A DNA stretch of 60,056 bases from an uncultured Desulfobulbia bacterium (GTDB taxonomy: Bacteria > Desulfobacterota > Desulfobulbia > Desulfobulbales > CG2-30-60-27). The stretch lies in NCBI GenBank assembly GCA_964443295.1, contig CAYUCH010000003.1, positions 1-60,056 of the forward strand. The letters run 5' to 3'. The translations under genes and the position numbers were made by a program. The notes under the pieces were generated by a model. The model saw nothing but the letters and a program-made list of their open reading frames with translations, had not been told where the DNA came from and ran no database searches. Shown one piece after another: positions 10,289-19,670 of this stretch (position 1 is its first letter; each line of letters starts with the position of its first letter).

Positions 10289-10885
10289 ATGACTTTATCA
10301 ATTCTCCTAATATTATTTGCTTATCTACTGGGTTCAATTCCGGTTGGGTTGGTATTGGGGCGTTTCCTTGGAGTTGATGTACGCAAGGAAGGCAGTGCCA
10401 ATATTGGCGCCACCAATGTCAGCCGTATCTTAGGTAAAAAAATTGGCCTGGCAACTTTAGTCGCTGATGCCTTAAAAGGCGCTTTTCCAATGATTGTTGC
10501 CGTTTGGATACTAAGCGGCAATCAAGACACCTCGCTTTATGTCCATCTCTGTGGAGCTGCCGCCTTTCTCGGACATGTCTTTCCTGTTTACCTGGGCTTT
10601 AAAGGTGGAAAAGGTGTGGCCACAGCTTTAGGAGTCTTTCTTTACCTTGCCCCTCTGGCCGTTTTGATAGTAGCAATAATCTTTTTCGCTGTTGTAATGA
10701 AGTGGAGATATGTCTCGGCCGGGTCTCTTACAGCATCTGGATTTCTCCCCCTTGCTGTATATCTCGTGGGAGCAGAACAATACTCCATATTTCTCGCCAT
10801 AGCCATTACCACTTTCATCTGGATATGCCATCGAGCCAATATTGGCAGATTATTACGGGGAGAAGAGTCAAAGTGGGGAAAATAA
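10289..10885 (+). CDS. plsY: Glycerol-3-phosphate acyltransferase PlsY
   Basis: YLLGSIP, GSANIGATN, FKGGKGVAT, HRANI. Confidence 0.97.
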   Translation: MTLSILLILFAYLLGSIPVGLVLGRFLGVDVRKEGSANIGATNVSRILGKKIGLATLVADALKGAFPMIVAVWILSGNQDTSLYVHLCGAAAFLGHVFPVYLGFKGGKGVATALGVFLYLAPLAVLIVAIIFFAVVMKWRYVSAGSLTASGFLPLAVYLVGAEQYSIFLAIAITTFIWICHRANIGRLLRGEESKWGK

Positions 10886-10898
10886 AGCAGGTCGGGCC

Positions 10899-11213
10899 AT
10901 GACAAAAGAAAAATGGAAAGAAGTATTAGCTGCTAAGGAAATTCTCGGCCTGGAAGACACAGTAACAATGACGGAATTAAAAAAGACTTACCGTAGATTA
11001 TCCAAGCAATTCCATCCAGACACAGCGGCATCGAGTGATAGAGAAAATACCAATGAAAAATTCAGGGAAATCAGCAAGGCATATTCAGTAATCAGGGCGT
11101 ATTGTGAGCATTACCCTGTGACATTTAATCCCGAGGAAGACGGCAGTATGTCTGCCGAGGATTTTTGGATGGACCGTTTTGGCCAAGACCCATTATGGGG
11201 TAAAGGCACCTGA
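10899..11213 (+). CDS. Small J-domain (DnaJ-type) protein
   Basis: YRRLSKQFHPD motif; ATG at 10899. Confidence 0.9.
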   Translation: MTKEKWKEVLAAKEILGLEDTVTMTELKKTYRRLSKQFHPDTAASSDRENTNEKFREISKAYSVIRAYCEHYPVTFNPEEDGSMSAEDFWMDRFGQDPLWGKGT

Positions 11214-11241
11214 GGTGCCCTTACCAGTTGGACAATCTGTT

Positions 11242-13134
11242 TTAGATCAAATCAGGATTAACAGATACCTCCGCAATTTCCTTTAAACCTTGAAGCCACC
11301 CAGACAAGACAAGTTGTTGTTTTTCTAACAGCAGTGACGCCTCAATAGACCGTCGTCTATCATCGGTCAATTCTGTCAGCGCAGCATCCTTTCTATCAAC
11401 ATAACCAAAAACAAAATTAATACCGCGTTGTTTAACCGGTGCATCCGGGTATGGATTTTCAGCAGTAAGGCCTAAACCTTTACTTATGAATTCAGGTGGG
11501 AATGCAATGGAGGATCTTCGAACGCGGGAAAAAAAGGATGTTACTTGAACTTCTACTGAACGTTTTGCCGCTTCATCAGCAAAACTTGCACCTGTCTTTA
11601 ATGCTGCCAACATAACATCAACATCATCTGCAGCCAACTTTTTACCAACTAAATCAACATAATCTTTTTCAACATCAGCCCGCACCTCTGACAATTCGGG
11701 CACCACAGGAGGCTTCTCATCGGTCAGAAAAACAATGGCATACTCTTCTGATCCTTCGAGCAACGAACTTAACTCGCCCTTTTTCAATTTAAGCACAAAT
11801 CGCAAAAGACGTTTCCTTCCCCCCAGCCCAGGATCAGGATCAGTCTGAGTGAAAAAGTCTGTCTCATGTATCTCTGTTTTATTTTCGGCAGCATAAGCGT
11901 CCATACTTCCGGCCATAATTATCTTTTTATACACCTCATTGGCTTTCTCAAAGGCGATGGACTTAGCCCTATCTGCTCTCAGTGTATTTATTATGTCCTC
12001 CTTAACTTCATCAAGTTTCTTTATGTAAGCTGGCTGGATATCTTCTACTTTAATAATATGGTAACCAAACCGTGTTTCCACTACATCACTGATTTCACCT
12101 ACACCTAGAGAAAATACTGCTTTTGCAAAGGGTGAAACCATTTGCCCGCGGGTAAAAAATCCAAGATCCCCTCCTTTGACAGCTGAACCGTCATCGGAAT
12201 GTTTTTTTGCCAAAGTAGCAAAATCGTCTCCTTTTTTTACTCGAGCTAGGAGATCTTCGGCAGCTTTCTTCTTTTCCGCCTTTGTTTCAGGTAAAGCGGT
12301 TGACGATACCTTTTGAAGTATGTGGCGGGCTTGTCGTTTTTCTTCAATTTCATACGTTTCAATATTATCTATATAATATTTTTCTACTTCTTCCGGTGGA
12401 ATGATGATCTCTTTGCCTATCTCTTCATAATTAAATGATATAAATCGCGCCTTCACCTGCCTCTTCGTCTTATACTTTTCCTGATTCTCTGCAAAATACT
12501 GAGTCAATGCTTCATCGGTGACCTCTACTTGGTCCCGGTAATTACCACTACTCAGTGAAACATATTGCAATTTCACCTCGTCGTTAGAAAAAGAGTAGCG
12601 ATCGACAACCTCCTGTGGTGATACAGTAACAAAACGGCCCAGCATATCTTGTGCTTTTTTTTCTAACAAATCCTTGCGGACTGATGCCTCAAATTCACTA
12701 GGGGACATACGAGAACTTGCAAGAGTTCCTCGATAACGCTCCATATTGAATATTCCGCCTACATTAAATGCACCGAGAGTTTTAATTTTTTCTTGTATTT
12801 CAGCATCGGTGACTCCTATTCCCATTTCTAAGGCGCCCTGCCGAAGGAGTAAAGCCTGTACCATCCTGTCTAATACCTGGGCTCGAAAAGTTCCATCATC
12901 CAGCATACTTTTTGGGACTTCCTGTCCATAACGCTGTTTAAAGGTTTCATATTCCACCTGAAAAGCTCCTTTAAACTGCTCCAAAGTAATTGGCTCGCCA
13001 TTAACGCTGGCGACTTCGTTTCGGCCTCCTTTTTGGTAACTACCAACTCCAAAAAAAACAAAAACAAGGGCAATAACTACCACAATGCCTTGCAAAAACG
13101 GGGACTGTGCTTTTTTACGAAAAAGGTCAAGCAT
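11242..13134 (-). CDS. ppiD: SurA-N/parvulin peptidyl-prolyl isomerase (PpiD-like)
   Basis: N-terminal TM anchor, ARHIL, GGDLGFF, TRFGYHII rotamase motifs, 630 aa. Confidence 0.88.
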   Translation of the reverse strand: MLDLFRKKAQSPFLQGIVVVIALVFVFFGVGSYQKGGRNEVASVNGEPITLEQFKGAFQVEYETFKQRYGQEVPKSMLDDGTFRAQVLDRMVQALLLRQGALEMGIGVTDAEIQEKIKTLGAFNVGGIFNMERYRGTLASSRMSPSEFEASVRKDLLEKKAQDMLGRFVTVSPQEVVDRYSFSNDEVKLQYVSLSSGNYRDQVEVTDEALTQYFAENQEKYKTKRQVKARFISFNYEEIGKEIIIPPEEVEKYYIDNIETYEIEEKRQARHILQKVSSTALPETKAEKKKAAEDLLARVKKGDDFATLAKKHSDDGSAVKGGDLGFFTRGQMVSPFAKAVFSLGVGEISDVVETRFGYHIIKVEDIQPAYIKKLDEVKEDIINTLRADRAKSIAFEKANEVYKKIIMAGSMDAYAAENKTEIHETDFFTQTDPDPGLGGRKRLLRFVLKLKKGELSSLLEGSEEYAIVFLTDEKPPVVPELSEVRADVEKDYVDLVGKKLAADDVDVMLAALKTGASFADEAAKRSVEVQVTSFFSRVRRSSIAFPPEFISKGLGLTAENPYPDAPVKQRGINFVFGYVDRKDAALTELTDDRRRSIEASLLLEKQQLVLSGWLQGLKEIAEVSVNPDLI

Positions 13135-13189
13135 GGCGCTTTTTTCTCCTACTCATTTGTCTGACTATAAAAAGAAACCGGAACAAACC

Positions 13190-13219
13190 GACTTCTGACT
13201 TCTGACTTCTGACTTCTGA
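13190..13219. repeat. Tandem heptamer (GACTTCT)x4 in the ppiD leader
   Basis: Four perfect copies plus GA. Confidence 0.95.
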
Positions 13220-13226
13220 ACCCGAC

Positions 13227-13255
13227 ATCCTACGTTTTTTATTTTCCGGCGTCAA
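13227..13255 (-). promoter_or_regulatory. sigma70 promoter for ppiD
   Basis: TTGACG-N17-TAGGAT on the minus strand. Confidence 0.65.
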
Positions 13256-13321
13256 CATCTTATCCTGGGGTACAGACATTCTGAATTTGGGACTCAAACG
13301 AATGCAAGATTACTCTGCAAC

Positions 13322-16000
13322 TTATGCTTTGGCTAAATTCTCACCCCATGAAATATTTGCTACCAGTGGTACGTCCAATTTCACTACATTTTCCATGGCT
13401 TCACGAACAAGGCCTACAACAATTTTTTCTTCCTCGGGCGGAACTTCGAGAACCAATTCATCATGGATCTGCAGGATCATTCGGGTCTTCAAAGCATTCT
13501 TTTTCAACTGCTCATCTGTCTCAAGCATTGCCAATTTAATAATATCGGCAGCAGTACCCTGGATAGGTGTATTGATGGCCGTACGTTCAGCAAATTCCCG
13601 CCGCATCTTATTGGAGCTCTGAATTTCCGGTAAAAGCCGACGACGCTGAAAAAGAGTAGTGACAAAACCATCTTCCCTGGCCTTTTCGACAATATCTGCC
13701 ATATATTTTTTAACACCGGTGTAATGCTCAAAATATCGTTCAATAAAAGTGGCGGCTTCTTTGCGGCTTAAATTCAATTGGCCTGCCAGACCGTATGCGC
13801 TCATGCCATACACAATGCCAAAATTAATGGTTTTTGCCACTCGCCGCATTTCGGCAGTAACAAATTCGGGATTCACTCGGAAAACTTCAGCAGCGGTACG
13901 GCGATGAACATCCTTGCCATCACGAAATGCACTGAGAAGAGCTGGATCTTGGGAATAATGGGCTAATACTCTCAGGTCGATCTGAGAATAGTCCGCCGCT
14001 AAAAATCTATACCCCTCTTCCGGAATAAAAGCTTCTCGAATCCGCTGGCCTTCAGTAGTACGAATTGGAATATTCTGTAAATTTGGCTTACTGCTCGAAA
14101 GACGTCCAGTGGCAGCAATTGTCTGGTTAAAAGAGGTGTGAACTCTTCCTGTATCAGCCTGGATAAGTTTGGCAAGTTTATCCACATAAGTCGATTTCAG
14201 TTTTGTGAGGTTCCGATAGGTTATAACGGCTTTCGGTAAATCATGATAATGTGCCAGTTTTTCAAGGACTTTTGCATCGGTGGAATAGCCGGTCTTCGTT
14301 TTTCTGCCATGGGGCAATTTTAACTGCTCAAAAAGAATTTCGCCCAGCTGCTGTGGCGAATTGATATTGAATTCACAATCGGCCAACCTATATATCTCTT
14401 CTCCTAAACTTTGAAGTTGCGAACTGAACTCCTGGGACATTTTTTGTAACGTATCAGGCTCGACTTTGATACCCCAACGCTCCATCTCTGCCAAAACAGG
14501 GACCAAAGCCATCTCCATGTCATAAAACAATTGCCATAGGGAATCAGTATTGAGCAGCTCAACAAACTCCTGCCAGAGGAGAAAAGCTGCAATTACATCC
14601 TCACAGGCGTAGTCTTTGGCTGGCTCAAGATTCACATAAGCAAAGGCATCCGGACGACGGTCATTACCAGTGACTTCTTTAAAGGAAGTTAGACGTTGCT
14701 GTAAAAATTCTTCTGCCAGATCATCGAGTTTGTGAGAACGCCGGGAAGGATCCAGGACATACGAGGCTATCATGGTATCCCATAATGGACCTCTCAAGGT
14801 GATCCCTTTTTGAAACAACACTTCAAAGTCAAATTTTATATTGTGACCCATTTTAGGCAATTCTGGATCTTCAAAAAATGGCTTGAGAGCTTCCAGAGTA
14901 TCATTTTTCCCCAACTGGCCCGGCTGAAGCTCCCCTTCTTCCTGCTTATGTCCCAGGGGTATGTAAAATGCTGCATCTTTATCGGTGCAGACCGAAATGC
15001 CCACAAGATCCGTAGTTCGAGGTTCAAGTGAACTTGTTTCAGTATCCACAACCAAAATGGATGCCTGTTGGATGTTTTGAATTACCTTGTCAAGTAGTTC
15101 AGGAGTGTCAACCAGCTGAAAACCGCTGGAATCCATACCAGCCTGACTAACCTCGGACTTTAATAATCGAGAGAATTCAAGCTTGGTATACAACTCACGT
15201 AATGCGCTCTCATCTGCTTTACCCAACTGGTAGTCAGTCAAATCATTTGGGACAATCAAGTCTTCTTTTAACGCTATTAATTGCCGGGACAAAAAGGCAT
15301 TGTCACGATTTTCAGCAAGACGTTCTCGCAGCTTAGGAGTGCCTGCCTCCTTTATATTCTCGTAAATTCCTTCAAGAGAGCCAAAAGCATCGATGAGCTT
15401 CAAGGCTGTTTTGGGCCCTACACCTGCGACGCCTGGCACATTATCCGAAGAGTCGCCCATGAGAGAAAAGAGATCAAGGAGATGCTCGGTCCCAACGCCG
15501 TATTTTTTCGACACAGCGGCCGGGTCCATAATTCGCTCCGACATGGGATCCCACATACGGATTGATGGAGACACAAGTTGCAAAAGATCCTTATCTCCAG
15601 AAACCACGATAACTTCAGCACCGGCATTGCTCAGTTGGCGGGCCGCCGAAGCCAAAAGATCATCGGCTTCCATACCCTGTTGTTCCAGACAAAGAATGCT
15701 ATTGGCCTCGACAACCTTGCGGATATAGGGCAATTGACACACCAAATCATCGGGCATGGGTGGTCGGTTTGCTTTGTATTTCTTATATAATTCATGCCGG
15801 AAGGTAGGGCCCTTCAGATCAAAGGCCACCGCCAAATATTTTGGGGTCTTTTCCCGGATAACTTTCAGAAGAGTATTGGTAAAACCCAACACCGCATGGG
15901 TGGGCAAACCATCTTTATTGCTTAATGGAGCAACAGCATGATATGCTCTATAAATATAGGCACTGCCATCAATAAGGTAGACGGGATCGTTGTTTGACAT
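13322..16000 (-). CDS. polA: DNA polymerase I
   Basis: 5'-3' exonuclease (LIDGS..YRAY), 3'-5' exo (DTET), polymerase ADYSQIDLR, KTINFGIVYG, QIHDEL. Confidence 0.99.
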   Translation of the reverse strand: MSNNDPVYLIDGSAYIYRAYHAVAPLSNKDGLPTHAVLGFTNTLLKVIREKTPKYLAVAFDLKGPTFRHELYKKYKANRPPMPDDLVCQLPYIRKVVEANSILCLEQQGMEADDLLASAARQLSNAGAEVIVVSGDKDLLQLVSPSIRMWDPMSERIMDPAAVSKKYGVGTEHLLDLFSLMGDSSDNVPGVAGVGPKTALKLIDAFGSLEGIYENIKEAGTPKLRERLAENRDNAFLSRQLIALKEDLIVPNDLTDYQLGKADESALRELYTKLEFSRLLKSEVSQAGMDSSGFQLVDTPELLDKVIQNIQQASILVVDTETSSLEPRTTDLVGISVCTDKDAAFYIPLGHKQEEGELQPGQLGKNDTLEALKPFFEDPELPKMGHNIKFDFEVLFQKGITLRGPLWDTMIASYVLDPSRRSHKLDDLAEEFLQQRLTSFKEVTGNDRRPDAFAYVNLEPAKDYACEDVIAAFLLWQEFVELLNTDSLWQLFYDMEMALVPVLAEMERWGIKVEPDTLQKMSQEFSSQLQSLGEEIYRLADCEFNINSPQQLGEILFEQLKLPHGRKTKTGYSTDAKVLEKLAHYHDLPKAVITYRNLTKLKSTYVDKLAKLIQADTGRVHTSFNQTIAATGRLSSSKPNLQNIPIRTTEGQRIREAFIPEEGYRFLAADYSQIDLRVLAHYSQDPALLSAFRDGKDVHRRTAAEVFRVNPEFVTAEMRRVAKTINFGIVYGMSAYGLAGQLNLSRKEAATFIERYFEHYTGVKKYMADIVEKAREDGFVTTLFQRRRLLPEIQSSNKMRREFAERTAINTPIQGTAADIIKLAMLETDEQLKKNALKTRMILQIHDELVLEVPPEEEKIVVGLVREAMENVVKLDVPLVANISWGENLAKA

Positions 16001-16006
16001 GGCGGG

Positions 16007-16035
16007 ATTGTACCAGCCGTTCTGTGAATTGGCAA
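16007..16035 (-). promoter_or_regulatory. sigma70 promoter abutting the polA start codon (leaderless)
   Basis: TTGCCA-N17-TACAAT with TGG extension; only 6 nt between -10 and ATG; no Shine-Dalgarno. Confidence 0.7.
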
Positions 16036-16178
16036 TCCACTTATGCCAGCTTCAATATGCAGTGATCTTGATGAAAAATGGGAGCTCGATCCCCAGATGT
16101 TGATTTATTTTTTAGCCCGATTATTGTAAAATTGAGTAACCATCTGAAAATACACCTAAAAAAAAATATTTTTTTTGT

Positions 16179-16206
16179 TAAAGATAATCGCAAAGGATGT
16201 CGATGA
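16179..16206 (+). promoter_or_regulatory. Candidate sigma28 (FliA) promoter of flgM
   Basis: TAAA-N16-GTCGATGA versus consensus TAAA-N15/16-GCCGATAA. Confidence 0.55.
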
Positions 16207-16324
16207 GTTGATTAAGGGAAATTAATGCCCAACTGTGTTAATGGAAGGGAAGACGTATTAGCGACCAAAAGAAAATGGACGAATTAGGAGACGGAAGACC
16301 CATTTGGGAAGCCGGGAGTATGCC

Positions 16325-16642
16325 ATGAAGCTGAGCAACTTGTTTCCACCTTTGAAGACAGAAAGCAGCAAGACCGATGCGCCTAAGAAAAAGGCTGTGG
16401 AGGATGCGTCTACCGGTGCGAGTACTGCACAACAGGCGGCTGAAACTGACCAGGTCAAACTCTCTGCAAACTCTCTTGATGTCCAAAAAATGAAAAGTAT
16501 TTTACAGGAGACACCAGCCGTGCGAATGGAAAAAGTTCAAGCCCTAAAGGAACAAATTGAACGAGGCGAATACCAGGTTGATTCATATCGAGTGGCAGAC
16601 AAAATGCTCATGGATTTACTTTCTGAAAACATCAACGATTGA
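16325..16642 (+). CDS. flgM: Anti-sigma28 factor FlgM
   Basis: DQVKLS and VRMEKVQALKEQIERGEYQVD..VADKM C-terminal signature. Confidence 0.93.
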   Translation: MKLSNLFPPLKTESSKTDAPKKKAVEDASTGASTAQQAAETDQVKLSANSLDVQKMKSILQETPAVRMEKVQALKEQIERGEYQVDSYRVADKMLMDLLSENIND

Positions 16643-16666
16643 TACAAACTACATCCATAAACAAAT

Positions 16667-16711
16667 AAAGCCCAAGGTTGATTACTTCAACCTTGGGCTT
16701 TTCTCTTTTTT
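16667..16711. terminator. Terminator between convergent flgM and fliW
   Basis: 15-bp perfect stem AAAGCCCAAGGTTGA/TCAACCTTGGGCTTT, T-rich tail on plus strand. Confidence 0.9.
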
Positions 16712-16746
16712 CTACTCGTTAAGTGATCAAAAGTGCCGTAGATTAC

Positions 16747-17247
16747 TTAATCCAAAGGGAAAGCAATATCATACTTAGCAGGATCAAGTAAAACCTGCTT
16801 GGCAAGTCTCTTTTTGGCATTTAGAACCAAGGGGCCAAGAAAATTCGCGGTAATATTGAGTTTTTCATCACGGGTAAATGTCAAAATGACAAGGAACTCC
16901 GGCTCTTGACCGTCGGAAAATTGTAATTCTTCATGATCTGCCTTGGAAAGGTTGGGCTGATATCCTTTATCAATGAGTCCAGCCGGCACGACTACAAAGG
17001 CCAAGGCTGGATTATCAATTGATTGAAACCACATAAAAGCAGAACCTGCTCCATGGGGCCTCAGGACAAAACGATGAGACTCTGGAAATCCAAGGATGGG
17101 GGAGGTCACAGTAATAACCCTGTCCCGATCAACCTCAATCTCACCAAATCGACTTGTTACAACCAGAAAAGAATCCGACTTCTTTTCTCCCCGTGATTGT
17201 CCCATATCTTTGTCCATTGGTTTATTATCTCCGGCAACAGTCATCAA
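16747..17247 (-). CDS. fliW: Flagellar assembly factor FliW
   Basis: SRFGEIEV, ILGFP, WFQS..PALAF, TANFLGPLVLN. Confidence 0.93.
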   Translation of the reverse strand: MMTVAGDNKPMDKDMGQSRGEKKSDSFLVVTSRFGEIEVDRDRVITVTSPILGFPESHRFVLRPHGAGSAFMWFQSIDNPALAFVVVPAGLIDKGYQPNLSKADHEELQFSDGQEPEFLVILTFTRDEKLNITANFLGPLVLNAKKRLAKQVLLDPAKYDIAFPLD

Positions 17248-17561
17248 CGGTCTCCACCACCTTTTTCATCATTCTTTTTGGAGGTTTGAATTTCTCCAAT
17301 TAACTCTTGGCCAGCTGACGATGTCTGCCATCCTTCCTTTTGCAACCCACTTGGGAGAGAAGAAATGTCTGCGGGTATTTCCATACCTGCCCGGATATTT
17401 TCTTCTAAAATGGCCTTATATATCTCTTCTCGGTGTACAGTTACTTTGGAAGGAGCTTCAACCCCGACCTTGACCTGCCCACCTTTAATTTCCAGGATCC
17501 GAACGGTGACATCATTGTCAATGACAATGGCCTCTCCGATTTTCCTGGTTAAAATTAGCAC
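17244..17561 (-). CDS. csrA: Carbon storage regulator CsrA with C-terminal extension
   Basis: MLILTRKIGE...VHREEIY; adjacent to fliW. Confidence 0.97.
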   Translation of the reverse strand: MLILTRKIGEAIVIDNDVTVRILEIKGGQVKVGVEAPSKVTVHREEIYKAILEENIRAGMEIPADISSLPSGLQKEGWQTSSAGQELIGEIQTSKKNDEKGGGDR

Positions 17562-17627
17562 AACCTCAGCCCTCCCTGGGGTTTGTGGATTCGTTAATAA
17601 ACTCCCTGTTTACAACAGGATACCCTG

Positions 17628-19661
17628 TTAAATAAAATCCACAAGACTTAAGTTCATTGCCCTTGCCGAGGCCTGAAGGGCGGCCTCATAAGCAACTTCC
17701 CTGGTTTTCAGATCAACAAGTGATTTCACCATATCGGCATCCTGCCGATCGGAGAGATTCTCAGTGGCAATCAAATCCAAATCAACATAAATGGTCTTCT
17801 GAGACATAATCCGATTGGCCCGGGAACCAAAGTCAACCATCTTGGTGGTCAAATCTTCAAATACCACATCCAAGTCGGCAAAGGCCTGCTCAATGGCCCC
17901 AACCTGGACATCTTCATACCTGAGGCCCACAGCTCTCAAAAAATTACTTCCCCCTGAATCCTCATGGGAAAGTTCAAAATTATACCGTTCAGGATCAGCG
18001 GAATCGATTTCCAGATACCCATTAGGATTCCATGCCGCATCAAGCCCTGGAACATCATTGAGTCGACTGACTACGGTGTCAAGACTGTCATTTGCCACAT
18101 CTACGCCAATTTCATAGGTAGTCCGTGTTGGCGGATAATAAGCCTGGTCAATCATGGTGACTGAGAAAAAGCCATCCGCCAATGCCTGTTCTGCCGGAAG
18201 TTCGGGAAGACCTGTATCCCCAGAGTCAAGAGTGACGGTTGTATCTGCTGCTGCTGCTACTCCGACGGCCCGGGTATATTCCTGGTTCTGCAGAGCATCA
18301 TAAAAAGCCTCTAGAGTTTCAAAAACTCCGGAGTCCATCAGCACATCTTCTCCGTTACGGCCCACAGTGAGGGTACTGCTGCGGCCCACACGAATATCCA
18401 AGTCATGATCTCTATCGCCGGTATATCGCACACTCTCATCCTGAAACTGGACATGGTCTACCAGAATACGGCCATCAGCGGCCGTGTCATCAGGCTCACC
18501 AGTGACGGCTGTACCGCCGGCCACGCCGATTATGTCAAGGCCAGCATCACCAGGCAAAGTAGACTCCAGGATAAAACGGTCCTCGGAATGAAGTTGCAAC
18601 GATCCGTAGTATACTCTGTCTCCAGGAATAGCAGGGAAGGTCAGTAGGGGATCTGTCAAGTGAGTGATTTGCTCGGCATTAATTGTAGTGGTTTCTATAT
18701 GCAAATTCCTTCCATCCACTGCAGTAAGTATGAGTTGCCCACTATTATTTCGGGTGGCAACAATACCTGTGTTTACTTGCTCAGCATTGATGGCGTCGAT
18801 CAGCACATTATCCACATCATCAGCCACAATGGCGGTGGAACCACCAGCAAATATATCAACACCGTTGATGAGTAAATCACCGGGATCAAGAGTACCTGCC
18901 TCAACACTACCCAGCACCCTATGAGAAACAGGCACAACTTCAGCTGTCACGCCGGTCAGGCTGGCCTCGGCATTGATAGCGTTGGCTTTGGCTTGGGCAG
19001 AGGCCTCATCATAAGTACCTGGACCTGGAACAAAAGGTAAAGCTTCAGACAAACCATCTGAAACCGATGCCCCAATAGGTTGACCATCTATGACCAGATC
19101 CCCGGCCGCCAGGGGTACAGGTTGTGGAGCAGGCGGCGGCCCGGCCAACTGATCCGTTGACGGAGGTTGCGTGCCATTAATCCGGTAGCCATTAATCCGA
19201 TCAATCATAAATGGAGCCGGCTCATCAGCGGTATAGCCATCGATACGGTGCCCGCCAAATATATATCGGCCACCCACCTGGGTATTACCGAGAATAACAA
19301 TCTGCTCCATGAAACTTCGTACTTCAATTGCCACACTGGCATACTGATCTGGATGGATAGCGCCATCGATCATGCTGGCGGCCTTAGTCCTGGCATCCAC
19401 AACCAGGTCTTTAATCTGGGTCAAAATATTGCCGGATGACTCGGCAATATCTGCGCCATAACTCAAGTTCTCTTGGTATTGTTTTATTTCTTCTAAGTTG
19501 CTGCGCAAATTCAGTACAGCCACCATACCTACCGGGTCATCGGACGGGGCGGATATCTCTTTACCAGAGGATATTTTCTTGGTGATACTCTGCAGGTCCG
19601 CCGTATGCAGATTCAAATCTGTGATGATATTTCGATTAATGGACTGAAGAGTTGCTCTCAT
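17628..19661 (-). CDS. flgL: Hook-associated protein 3 FlgL (long form)
   Basis: Flagellin-like N-terminus (PSDDP, GRYIFGG) and C-terminus (AYEAALQ..LSLVDFI); follows flgK. Confidence 0.93.
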   Translation of the reverse strand: MRATLQSINRNIITDLNLHTADLQSITKKISSGKEISAPSDDPVGMVAVLNLRSNLEEIKQYQENLSYGADIAESSGNILTQIKDLVVDARTKAASMIDGAIHPDQYASVAIEVRSFMEQIVILGNTQVGGRYIFGGHRIDGYTADEPAPFMIDRINGYRINGTQPPSTDQLAGPPPAPQPVPLAAGDLVIDGQPIGASVSDGLSEALPFVPGPGTYDEASAQAKANAINAEASLTGVTAEVVPVSHRVLGSVEAGTLDPGDLLINGVDIFAGGSTAIVADDVDNVLIDAINAEQVNTGIVATRNNSGQLILTAVDGRNLHIETTTINAEQITHLTDPLLTFPAIPGDRVYYGSLQLHSEDRFILESTLPGDAGLDIIGVAGGTAVTGEPDDTAADGRILVDHVQFQDESVRYTGDRDHDLDIRVGRSSTLTVGRNGEDVLMDSGVFETLEAFYDALQNQEYTRAVGVAAAADTTVTLDSGDTGLPELPAEQALADGFFSVTMIDQAYYPPTRTTYEIGVDVANDSLDTVVSRLNDVPGLDAAWNPNGYLEIDSADPERYNFELSHEDSGGSNFLRAVGLRYEDVQVGAIEQAFADLDVVFEDLTTKMVDFGSRANRIMSQKTIYVDLDLIATENLSDRQDADMVKSLVDLKTREVAYEAALQASARAMNLSLVDFI

Positions 19662-19670
19662 GACATACTC

